Assembly (NCBI GenBank): GCA_030149205.1
Contig: JASBSB010000001.1
Coordinates: forward strand, 960,001 to 992,000
Length of the DNA stretch: 32,000 bases
DNA from: Candidatus Heimdallarchaeota archaeon
GTDB lineage: Archaea; Asgardarchaeota; Heimdallarchaeia; Heimdallarchaeales; Kariarchaeaceae
Direction of reading: 5' to 3'
Positions 17,133 to 25,149 of this stretch are shown piece after piece. Made by a program: the position numbers and the translations under genes. The notes under the pieces are model-generated. The model ran no database searches and was not told where the DNA came from. It saw only the letters and a program-made list of their open reading frames with translations. Positions within the stretch are counted from its first letter, which is position 1. Each line of letters starts with the position of its first letter.

Positions 17133-18761
17133 ATGTCTAAGTTAATTTTGATAAATCATATTGTGAGTCAAAACCTTAGGCAATATGTTGAAAGTATAAA
17201 TAAAACCTGTGTTTCTGGGAACACATACTTTCTAGTATACTTTGGCATCGAGAGCTATTTATCTAAAGTAATCCAATTAATTGAGGACAAAGATCCGCTG
17301 GAGAGGGAAAGGGTGATATTTTCGATCTTTGGTGATTCGGATATATCGAAATGTGCGTCCCTCAATATTCTAATTAATAATATTCTAGGCTTAAAGTTGA
17401 TGAGAGAGACTAATTTCTCTGTCATTCGTGATGCCTTATTGAATCAATTTAATACGTTGCTGAATGAATACTATCAGTTACATGTATGTGAAACATCAGT
17501 TGGAGTTCAAAACTTAAATGACATTATCATACGATACCCATTGGTTGATATATTTGATCAAAACGAGAGAGCCGTACTCTCTGATAATCAATTAGTCAGC
17601 ACTCAACAAATTGAGATGCTCACCGTTGATAACACCAGATACCACTTTTTTGGATTAATTGGGGATAAATTAGACAAAGTTTCTGAATTTAAAGACAAAT
17701 TTCTAAATTCAATCCAGCTAAACGAAGTCATTATCATTAATGTGAATATGAGTGCTGTTTATCAACATTTGCTCTCCACAAATCTTATTCCTTATTCAGC
17801 AGTTTTATCAGAGTTAAAGCTAAATGATTGTTGGCTAAACCTTTCTGATCTTGAGAAACATCGATACTCAACTAGATTACCTGACCCAAATAGGAAAAAC
17901 CCAATCATTTTGGCTCCCTATTTCAAATTCATCAAAAACCACCTTTCTTCTGTTAACATCCAGTCCAATATCAACCTGTTTGAAATTTACCTTGTCTCAC
18001 ATGACAGAAAGCCTGAATTTATTAATTTCCTACTTTCAAAAATTTCTAAATTCAATGACATCATATTAGAGGATAAAGGAAGAACAGTCAAAATAATTTT
18101 CCCCCAGAAAGTTAGGTTAGATACTTTGTTTGATCCCAAATTTCCAGAGTTTGAACAAATAATAGAATCAACAACCCTAGGAGAAAATATGTATCTAACA
18201 ATATTGCATGGATTTCGATTGTCTCCAGAGAAAATATTGAATAACACCCTTCCTGATGAATATGAGCTCATAAGTGATAACAATTTAGGAAACTACTATA
18301 TCATTTCTAACGAAAAAGTAAACGTTAACTTACAGGATTATGTGGAGAATCGAAATGCAGTCAATCTCTTAAAAAACTTAAATGGACAGCAGTTTTTCCA
18401 AATTCAGGTGTTACCACAAACTGACAATTTGAGCTTTCCCATTTTAACTATCGCCCAGTGGAAGAATGGAGTTTTACAGTTTACATTACCTTCGCTCTTA
18501 GACCCATTAAGTAGTATTAACTCTTGGAAAGGGAAGTCGTTTGATGTTGTGTGTATTTTTGATAAAGGAACCTCTTTTCTGCTTAGAGGTGTAATCCAGA
18601 GTCACGATAATTTTGATTTAAAGTATTGGCAAACAAATTTTTTTGATAAAGATCAATTTAATTTGATAAAAAGAAAAAGTGGGCTATCTGAAACATTTGA
18701 ATACTATTGGCAGAGAAACCTTTATTCTTATGAAATTGAAGAGGTGAGGATGATTGAATAA
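17133..18761 (+). CDS. Hypothetical protein, possible C-terminal split-barrel (PNPOx-like) domain
   Basis: 542 aa ORF overlapping the menA start by 8 nt; C-terminal LSFP...GVLQFTLP...VVC...SFLLRGVI pattern. Confidence 0.65.
   Translation: MSKLILINHIVSQNLRQYVESINKTCVSGNTYFLVYFGIESYLSKVIQLIEDKDPLERERVIFSIFGDSDISKCASLNILINNILGLKLMRETNFSVIRDALLNQFNTLLNEYYQLHVCETSVGVQNLNDIIIRYPLVDIFDQNERAVLSDNQLVSTQQIEMLTVDNTRYHFFGLIGDKLDKVSEFKDKFLNSIQLNEVIIINVNMSAVYQHLLSTNLIPYSAVLSELKLNDCWLNLSDLEKHRYSTRLPDPNRKNPIILAPYFKFIKNHLSSVNIQSNINLFEIYLVSHDRKPEFINFLLSKISKFNDIILEDKGRTVKIIFPQKVRLDTLFDPKFPEFEQIIESTTLGENMYLTILHGFRLSPEKILNNTLPDEYELISDNNLGNYYIISNEKVNVNLQDYVENRNAVNLLKNLNGQQFFQIQVLPQTDNLSFPILTIAQWKNGVLQFTLPSLLDPLSSINSWKGKSFDVVCIFDKGTSFLLRGVIQSHDNFDLKYWQTNFFDKDQFNLIKRKSGLSETFEYYWQRNLYSYEIEEVRMIE
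18741..18747 (+). promoter_or_regulatory. Shine-Dalgarno site for menA
   Basis: GAGGTGA ending 6 nt before the TTG at 18754. Confidence 0.55.
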
Positions 18762-20388
18762 GAATCTTAGACAACTGCTTGCTGAATATAAATCGATGAA
18801 TATGTACCTTCCTGATAAATCAATTCTTGGAAAAATTGGGCTTTCTAAGAATGGAAAAATTTTGATCTCCTCAAATATTTTAAACTCATTATCAGAACCT
18901 GAAAAATGTGTTATTTATTGGTTCAAAGCCACACCAAGCTCATTGATTGAGTCAGACAGGACTCCAAGAGTTGCGATTTTCGGAGAAATTAATAATTCTG
19001 GAGAAATTATTGTGGAAAGAGAAACATGGTGGAACCGGGAGGATATAAATCTTGAAACTTTGCTTCAGAGACAAAGCAGTCTCAAAAAGTTCAATCCAAG
19101 CGATCGATTTATGAAGGTATTAAATAATCTTAAGTTACATGAGGAAGCTGTAGTTATAGGATCAATATTCAATAATCCAATTCACTTTAAAACAACAATT
19201 TATTCAAGATCAGAGGACAAGGTGATTCTTTTCATCCCACTATCAGAGATGAGAGAACAACAACTAAAGTATACAAGAACCTTAAAAGTTCTGTGTACTA
19301 TGAATAAAGAAATATCAAATCTAGAATTGATAGGAGAAGTCCTCACCTTGACCAAAAAATTTGACGGGTTGTATATTAACCTAAAAATTCGACGAATTGT
19401 TTATGGTGACCGTACAGAGTTTGAATATTTAGAGGGTGAACCTTATTCTGAGATGAAAGAATTTCTGACGGGATCTTGGGTCACATTACGATACTTTTTA
19501 GGACTTACCAGGTTCTCATTTTTTCTGTTCCCCTTAGTTTCTGTCCTTTTGACCATGTTTTATTTGTACTCATCTGGTGTCAGTTTGTCGCCGAGGTCAA
19601 TCATTTTAGAATTACTTGCGATTCTGTTTCTACAGTTATCCATGAATGTGTTTAATGACTATTTTGACAGTAAAAGTTACGCAGATATCTTTAATCCTGG
19701 ACAAGGTAGTATGCATGGAGGTTCAAAATTTATAAAATTTGAGCTTATAGAACCTTCGAAATCATTTCAGATAGGAGTAATTCTTTCAGTTCTAGGATTA
19801 TTTTTGAGTCTTTTGCTCATTTATTTTTCCTCTCGTTTCGATTTATTAGCCTTTGGATTTTTTGTTTTTCTTTTTGCTCTTGCTTTTTCAACCCCACCTT
19901 TAAAGCTCTCTTATAGAGGATGGGGAGAGATCCAGATTCCAATACTTCTGGTTGTCGCACCAGTTGTAGGTACAATTTATCTCTTTACTGGATCTTGGGG
20001 GTTTACACCCTTTTTTGAACTTTATGGTTTGATTATACCCCTTGCATTAACATTATTCCAATTTACATTGGTGAACAGTATGGCAGATTCAGAAGCAGAT
20101 AAAAAAGCAGGAAAAGAAACATTAGCTATTAAGCTAAGTGGTAAAAATTTAACTCTTCTGTTATATGCTTCTTTTGGACTTAGCTACGTATTTTATCCAC
20201 TCCTTAGTTATTTTTATAATAATTGGGCGTTGAGCCTATTGCTCATACTTGCAATTCCACACTTCCTAGTAATTAATCAAATCACTGGATCTGACCACAA
20301 CTCCAAACTAGTTGATATGATCTCAATTAAAATTCTCATATTGTATCTTGGTTTTGGATTAATTTCTGTTTTTGCCCTTATCTTTTGA
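18754..20388 (+). CDS. menA: MenA-like 1,4-dihydroxy-2-naphthoate prenyltransferase (UbiA superfamily) with ~240 aa soluble N-terminal extension
   Basis: NDYFD...AD, GGS, FSTPPLKLSYRGWGE, NSMAD.EADKKAGKETLAIKL; about 9 TM segments starting near residue 245. Confidence 0.85.
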   Translation: MNKNLRQLLAEYKSMNMYLPDKSILGKIGLSKNGKILISSNILNSLSEPEKCVIYWFKATPSSLIESDRTPRVAIFGEINNSGEIIVERETWWNREDINLETLLQRQSSLKKFNPSDRFMKVLNNLKLHEEAVVIGSIFNNPIHFKTTIYSRSEDKVILFIPLSEMREQQLKYTRTLKVLCTMNKEISNLELIGEVLTLTKKFDGLYINLKIRRIVYGDRTEFEYLEGEPYSEMKEFLTGSWVTLRYFLGLTRFSFFLFPLVSVLLTMFYLYSSGVSLSPRSIILELLAILFLQLSMNVFNDYFDSKSYADIFNPGQGSMHGGSKFIKFELIEPSKSFQIGVILSVLGLFLSLLLIYFSSRFDLLAFGFFVFLFALAFSTPPLKLSYRGWGEIQIPILLVVAPVVGTIYLFTGSWGFTPFFELYGLIIPLALTLFQFTLVNSMADSEADKKAGKETLAIKLSGKNLTLLLYASFGLSYVFYPLLSYFYNNWALSLLLILAIPHFLVINQITGSDHNSKLVDMISIKILILYLGFGLISVFALIF

Positions 20389-20422
20389 ATCTGTACTTTG
20401 AAACATTAGCATAGATTTATAC

Positions 20423-20430
20423 TTTTAAAT
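20423..20430 (+). promoter_or_regulatory. Internal TATA box upstream of the GGR gene
   Basis: TTTTAAAT 21-28 nt upstream of ATG 20451. Confidence 0.45.
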
Positions 20431-20450
20431 TAGTATTTTTACTTGACGTA

Positions 20451-21821
20451 ATGACTGAAAAGGTATTGGAAACAGAGGTTGTTGTAGTTGGAGGTGGCCC
20501 TGCGGGAGTATCTGCTGCATTTACTTTAGGTAGACAGAAAATCCCGACGATTTTGGTTGATCGTAAACCCAAGGAAAAGATTGGTGATAAGGTATGTGGT
20601 GATGCACTTAACCCTATTTTGACAAAGTGGTGTTATGATCAAGTTGGTCTGCCACAACCTGATCCAGAGAAAAAAGAACTGATGGAAATAGCTGAGACAA
20701 TCGTTTTAAGAGGTTCTAACCCAAGGGTAATTTTGCCAATGGGTCTTGGTTCGGCGACAGTTGATAGGTTGAGATATGGACAAAAACTTCTTCACGCTGC
20801 AGAAGAACTTGAATCAGTTTCTGTTATGGCAGAAACCAGAGTGAAAGAGGTCATAGTTGAGAACAATGTTGTGAAAGGCGTTAAAGTTCTCACTCCAGAG
20901 GGTGAACAGTCAATTATGTCAAAAATAGTAATTGATGCATCAGGTTCATCTGGTGTTGTTAGAAGAAGACTACCATTGAGTATGTGCACAAAATTCCCTC
21001 AGAAAATACCAAGAGAAGAGATGATTGTCGCCTATCGTGAGATAATTAGAACCAAAGAACCACATCAGTTTCAGAAAGGACTGTACCTCACCTATGAAAA
21101 GGAACTTGAGGAGGTAATGCCAGGATATTACTGGTTTTTCAGTAGAGGTGAGCGTGAGCTAAACATTGGTCTGGGTTATTTAATGATAGAGGAGAATTTG
21201 GGGAAAAATATAAGAGAGTTAAATCAGAGCGTAAGAGATAGATATTTCCCTGACGCTGAGATCCTAGCCTCTCAAGGTGATCAGATCCCTGCTAGGATGC
21301 CTCTTCCCTCATTGGTTCACAATGGTTTTATTACTGCAGGTGATGCTGGTGCGTTGGCAAACCCATTAAATGGAGAAGGACACGGCCCCGCTTTATTTTC
21401 AGGAATTAAAGCAGCTCAAGAAATATTAAAAGTAAGAGAAGAGGGAAAAGAATACACTGAAGAACACCTTTGGGGTTACAACAAATGGGTTTGGAGTTAC
21501 TTTGGAGTAGAATTTGCTATGGGGATCGGAATCATTAAATTCATTTTCAAATTTGGGTATCCTGAGTTTGAATGGTTAATAGAACATGGGATCATAACTG
21601 AAGATGATATCAATACTCAGCTCTATGAGCCAGCAAAAGGACACAAAGGGATGTTAAAGAAAGTGTTTAAACTTGCTCGTAAACCAAGAGTTCTGATGGG
21701 ATTGAGAAAAACCCTGAATCATGTAGAGAAATTAGTGAAAATCGCACAAGAATATCCCGATATCGAAAATTTTGATGAATGGAATAGAAAGTTAGAAAAA
21801 GAACTTGAAACAGAGCTTTAG
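20451..21821 (+). CDS. Geranylgeranyl reductase family FAD oxidoreductase (prenyl reductase)
   Basis: GGGPAG, IGDKVCGDA, IDASG, VAYRE, PGYYWFF, NIGLG, AGDAG..NPLNGEG; motif spacing resembles Sulfolobus-type GGR. Confidence 0.92.
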   Translation: MTEKVLETEVVVVGGGPAGVSAAFTLGRQKIPTILVDRKPKEKIGDKVCGDALNPILTKWCYDQVGLPQPDPEKKELMEIAETIVLRGSNPRVILPMGLGSATVDRLRYGQKLLHAAEELESVSVMAETRVKEVIVENNVVKGVKVLTPEGEQSIMSKIVIDASGSSGVVRRRLPLSMCTKFPQKIPREEMIVAYREIIRTKEPHQFQKGLYLTYEKELEEVMPGYYWFFSRGERELNIGLGYLMIEENLGKNIRELNQSVRDRYFPDAEILASQGDQIPARMPLPSLVHNGFITAGDAGALANPLNGEGHGPALFSGIKAAQEILKVREEGKEYTEEHLWGYNKWVWSYFGVEFAMGIGIIKFIFKFGYPEFEWLIEHGIITEDDINTQLYEPAKGHKGMLKKVFKLARKPRVLMGLRKTLNHVEKLVKIAQEYPDIENFDEWNRKLEKELETEL

Positions 21822-21826
21822 TAACT

Positions 21827-23263
21827 ATGATTGATTGGTTTAACCTTTATCCAATTACCTCCAATAAAACATACCTCATATCTTCTAACCAGTCATACAC
21901 CTACAAAGAAATTGAACACATGATAAATGAATTAATCAAACAAATGGAGATAAACAATTTACCTCCCGGATCGAGAGTTGCTATTTTGTTAAATAACTCT
22001 CTAGAATACATCCTTATTATTTTTTGTTTAATCAAAGCCCAGATCCCCATCATTTTTTTAAACTCAAAAAATTCATTAGAAGTTAATTTAAACCAGCTTT
22101 CAGATGGACAAGCGACTCATCTCATTAGCTCCAATGAATTTGTTCCAAAAGATTCAGATTTGATTACTAGCTTATCAAACTTTAATAGTTTGACTCTTTT
22201 AAGGATAGCAAATTCTGACAAGAAAATCCTTAAACCTCTGGCTCCTAACACCCAATTTATTTTGTTCACTTCTGGCACCTCTGGAAAATCAAAAGCCACC
22301 CAACTTACTTTAGAAAATTTTTATCAAAGTGCTTTAACTTCCTCTCATAGATTAAAATATACAGAAAAAGACTCTTGGGTATTGACACTCCCCTTATACC
22401 ATGTGGGAGGGTTAAGTATTGTTTTGAGGTCTTTAATATTCAACATGACTGTTGTTTTAGTTGATCAGTTTGATTTGAAAACTATCAAAGAGGTGTCTGA
22501 GCAAAATTCACCTAGTATTATTTCTCTGGTTCCAACCATGCTTCACAGGATTTTAATCTCAGAAAAGCCAGAGTATTTACGGAGTTACAGGGTGATTCTT
22601 GTGGGTGGAGCAAGAACCCCCAATAATTTAATAAAACTGTCAAAAGAGCATAATCTAAATATTTTTGTCACCTACGGAATGACTGAAGCAAGCTCCCAAG
22701 TTGCAACAGCAATCCCAGAAGAGGTTTTTCAAGATCCAGAGACTGTAGGGATGTTACTGGAAAAGCTGGATGCTAAATTGGTCAACAAGATAGATGAGAA
22801 CGTGGGAGAGCTTTGCATCAAAGGACCACAGGTTATGAGAGGATACTTTAATGAGAGCTTCAGTGGTATTGATAATGAGGGTTGGTTTAACACTGGAGAT
22901 TTAGCTTCAATTTCAGATAATGGTTTTCTATACATTCAAGTCCGTAGAACTGACCTGATTGTCTGTGGTGGAGAAAACATTTATCCAAAGGAAATAGAAA
23001 GATTTGTTCTAGGGTTTAAGGATATAGAAGATTGTTTAGTGTTTGGATTGCCAGATGCTGAATGGGGGCAAATCGTTGCAATGGCAATTGAGACTCAAAT
23101 GGAGATGGACCTTTCAGACCTCAAATCAAAAATTGGCTTAAATCTAGGGACGTTTAAAAAACCACGACGGATTTACTCATTTAAAATATTTCCCAGATTT
23201 GAGTCTGGTAAACTTGACACAAGTAAACTGTTGAAACTAATAAAGAATAAGAATCAGACCTAA
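21827..23263 (+). CDS. menE: o-succinylbenzoate-CoA ligase (MenE-like, ANL superfamily)
   Basis: FTSGTSGKSK, LPLYHVGGL, SLVPTML, TYGMTEASSQ, WFNTGD, GGENIYP.EIE, GKLD; located next to menA. Confidence 0.8.
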   Translation: MIDWFNLYPITSNKTYLISSNQSYTYKEIEHMINELIKQMEINNLPPGSRVAILLNNSLEYILIIFCLIKAQIPIIFLNSKNSLEVNLNQLSDGQATHLISSNEFVPKDSDLITSLSNFNSLTLLRIANSDKKILKPLAPNTQFILFTSGTSGKSKATQLTLENFYQSALTSSHRLKYTEKDSWVLTLPLYHVGGLSIVLRSLIFNMTVVLVDQFDLKTIKEVSEQNSPSIISLVPTMLHRILISEKPEYLRSYRVILVGGARTPNNLIKLSKEHNLNIFVTYGMTEASSQVATAIPEEVFQDPETVGMLLEKLDAKLVNKIDENVGELCIKGPQVMRGYFNESFSGIDNEGWFNTGDLASISDNGFLYIQVRRTDLIVCGGENIYPKEIERFVLGFKDIEDCLVFGLPDAEWGQIVAMAIETQMEMDLSDLKSKIGLNLGTFKKPRRIYSFKIFPRFESGKLDTSKLLKLIKNKNQT

Positions 23264-23316
23264 ATTTACCTAACTTGTCCATAATTATTAATTTGCAACC
23301 CTAGCCCTAAGACACA

Positions 23317-23324
23317 TTTAATTA
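23317..23324 (+). promoter_or_regulatory. TATA box of the shikimate operon
   Basis: TTTAATTA 21-28 nt upstream of ATG 23345, within an 81 nt intergenic gap. Confidence 0.45.
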
Positions 23325-23344
23325 TCTTTAATCCAATCAAACAT

Positions 23345-24127
23345 ATGGAATTTTTAGATTCAATAGGTAAGAAACTAAGATATAGAAGATTTGTTGATCA
23401 AGAGTCAGGTGCTATTATAGCAGTCCCAATGGATCATGGCTTTACTCTCGGCCCTATCTCAGGGTTAAAGAACATCTCAAAAACAACTAATGCAGTTATC
23501 AAAGGGGGTGCTACCTGTGTGGTTGTTCATAAGGGCAATATACGGAATATAGCAACTCTACCCCCTGATAAAGGTATCATAATTCATGTATCTGGTTCAG
23601 TTAATTCATCACCTCATTCAAATCAGAAGGTACTGACAGGTGGAGTTGAAGATGTTCTTAGGTTAGGAGCTGACGGTATTTCGACCCATGTCAATGTTGG
23701 TGCAACTGGGGATAAGGACATGATTGCAGATCTTGCAAAGATTAGTTCCGATGCAAGCAAATTTGGAGTGCCAGTATTAGCAATGATGTATGCAAGGAAT
23801 GATGATGGTATGACCTCCACTGATGTCTCTTCACTTGCACACCTTGCAAGATTAGCTGAGGAAGCTGGTGCAGATATCGTTAAGGTAAATGCATCTAAAC
23901 TGGGAAAGGGATTTGATGAGGTGGTGCAAGGAACAAACATACCTGTAATTATTGCAGGGGGAGACAAAACCAGCAACTTTGAGACATTTTTAAACACAGT
24001 CAAATCATGTGTTGAGTTAGGTGCAAGTGGAGTATCCATTGGGAGAAATATCTTCCAACAAGAAAATCCTGAACAGGCCATATCAAGGGTTATTTCTGTT
24101 GTCAGAGAAGCGATGAGGGAGAGATAA
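23345..24127 (+). CDS. aroA': 2-amino-3,7-dideoxy-D-threo-hept-6-ulosonate synthase (class I aldolase, MJ0400 type)
   Basis: GKKLR.RR, VPMDHG, IIHVSGS, S.HVNVG, AMMYAR, GADIVK (Schiff-base Lys), IAGG, IGRNIFQ; directly precedes DHQ synthase II. Confidence 0.92.
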   Translation: MEFLDSIGKKLRYRRFVDQESGAIIAVPMDHGFTLGPISGLKNISKTTNAVIKGGATCVVVHKGNIRNIATLPPDKGIIIHVSGSVNSSPHSNQKVLTGGVEDVLRLGADGISTHVNVGATGDKDMIADLAKISSDASKFGVPVLAMMYARNDDGMTSTDVSSLAHLARLAEEAGADIVKVNASKLGKGFDEVVQGTNIPVIIAGGDKTSNFETFLNTVKSCVELGASGVSIGRNIFQQENPEQAISRVISVVREAMRER

Positions 24128-24129
24128 AC

Positions 24130-25143
24130 TTGCCATCTCAATTTCTTTTAGATACAGAATCAGAATCATTTTCTGAACTTTTGGAGACCATTTACACTAA
24201 GGTACAAGGAGTCATTACAAGGGATAATGAGATACTGGATTCTAAAGGTCTACCAGTGTATCAGGTTAAAAATCATAGTATCATGGCAGACTCTGGATTG
24301 ATTGGAAAAGTTGTAGAGATCAATTCCAACAGTGATATGCAAGAAATCATGGGGTGGGAACCTGAGGATAGTATTCAGATACTACTGATCAAAACCTCTG
24401 ACTGGAGAATCATTCCTATAGAGAATCTTATTGCTAAGTTTCATAGGCTGGGGGTAAAACTAGGGGCTTGGGCAAATTCTGTTGAAGAGATAAAACTTCT
24501 TGAAAACATCCTAGAGCTAGGTGTGGATCAGGTTGTTCTAAAAGTAACAGACACGGTAAGAACGGATATAGAAAAATATCTTGCTGCTTCTGCTTCAGAC
24601 AAGATTGAGCTAATTGACCTTGAGGTAGAATCAGTGGAAAGAATTGGAAACGGAGATAGAGTTTGTGTTGATACCTGTGCCCTCTTAAAAAAAGGAGAGG
24701 GGCTTTTGATCGGAGTAACCAGCAAATTATTCGCTCTGATTCAGGCAGAAGTTGAAGATTCAGGCTATGTAAACCCAAGGCCCTTTAGAGTCAATGCTGG
24801 TCCACTTTCAGCATATGTCTTGGGAGGGGATAAAACCAACTATCTTTCAGAGCTAAAAGCAGGGAGTCAAGTGACTGTGGTTTCAAAAACTGGAGAAACC
24901 AGAAAAGAGTTAGTTGCAAGAGTCAAGATTGAGAGACGTCCAATGTTACTGTTGAGATTGAAAGTAAACAATACTGAGGCTCCACTCATACTCCAGGATG
25001 CTGAGACTGTAAAGCTCATCACCTCCAAAGGAGATTCCGTAAGTGCTGGAGACCTTAAGAAAGGGGATCTCATCAAAGGTGCTTTGAAAGAATTCGGTCG
25101 CCACTTTGGAATGGAAGTAGATGAATTTATTGAGGAAAGATAA
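24130..25143 (+). CDS. aroB': 3-dehydroquinate synthase II (MJ1249 type)
   Basis: PIENLIA, GDRVCVDT, RPFRVNAG, YLSEL.AG, KIERRPM, LQDAETV, GRHFG; TTG start. Confidence 0.96.
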   Translation: MPSQFLLDTESESFSELLETIYTKVQGVITRDNEILDSKGLPVYQVKNHSIMADSGLIGKVVEINSNSDMQEIMGWEPEDSIQILLIKTSDWRIIPIENLIAKFHRLGVKLGAWANSVEEIKLLENILELGVDQVVLKVTDTVRTDIEKYLAASASDKIELIDLEVESVERIGNGDRVCVDTCALLKKGEGLLIGVTSKLFALIQAEVEDSGYVNPRPFRVNAGPLSAYVLGGDKTNYLSELKAGSQVTVVSKTGETRKELVARVKIERRPMLLLRLKVNNTEAPLILQDAETVKLITSKGDSVSAGDLKKGDLIKGALKEFGRHFGMEVDEFIEER

Positions 25144-25149
25144 TCGGTT

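Noticed and set aside
18754-20388. DGGGP synthase (archaeal lipid UbiA enzyme) call, suggested by the adjacent GGR
   Set aside because: The PPLKLSYRGWGE, GGS and D.EADKKAGKETLA motifs are MenA-type, and menE is adjacent.
23345-24127. Glycolytic fructose-bisphosphate aldolase call
   Set aside because: Same family, but its position 2 nt before DHQ synthase II at the head of an aro operon favours ADH synthase.
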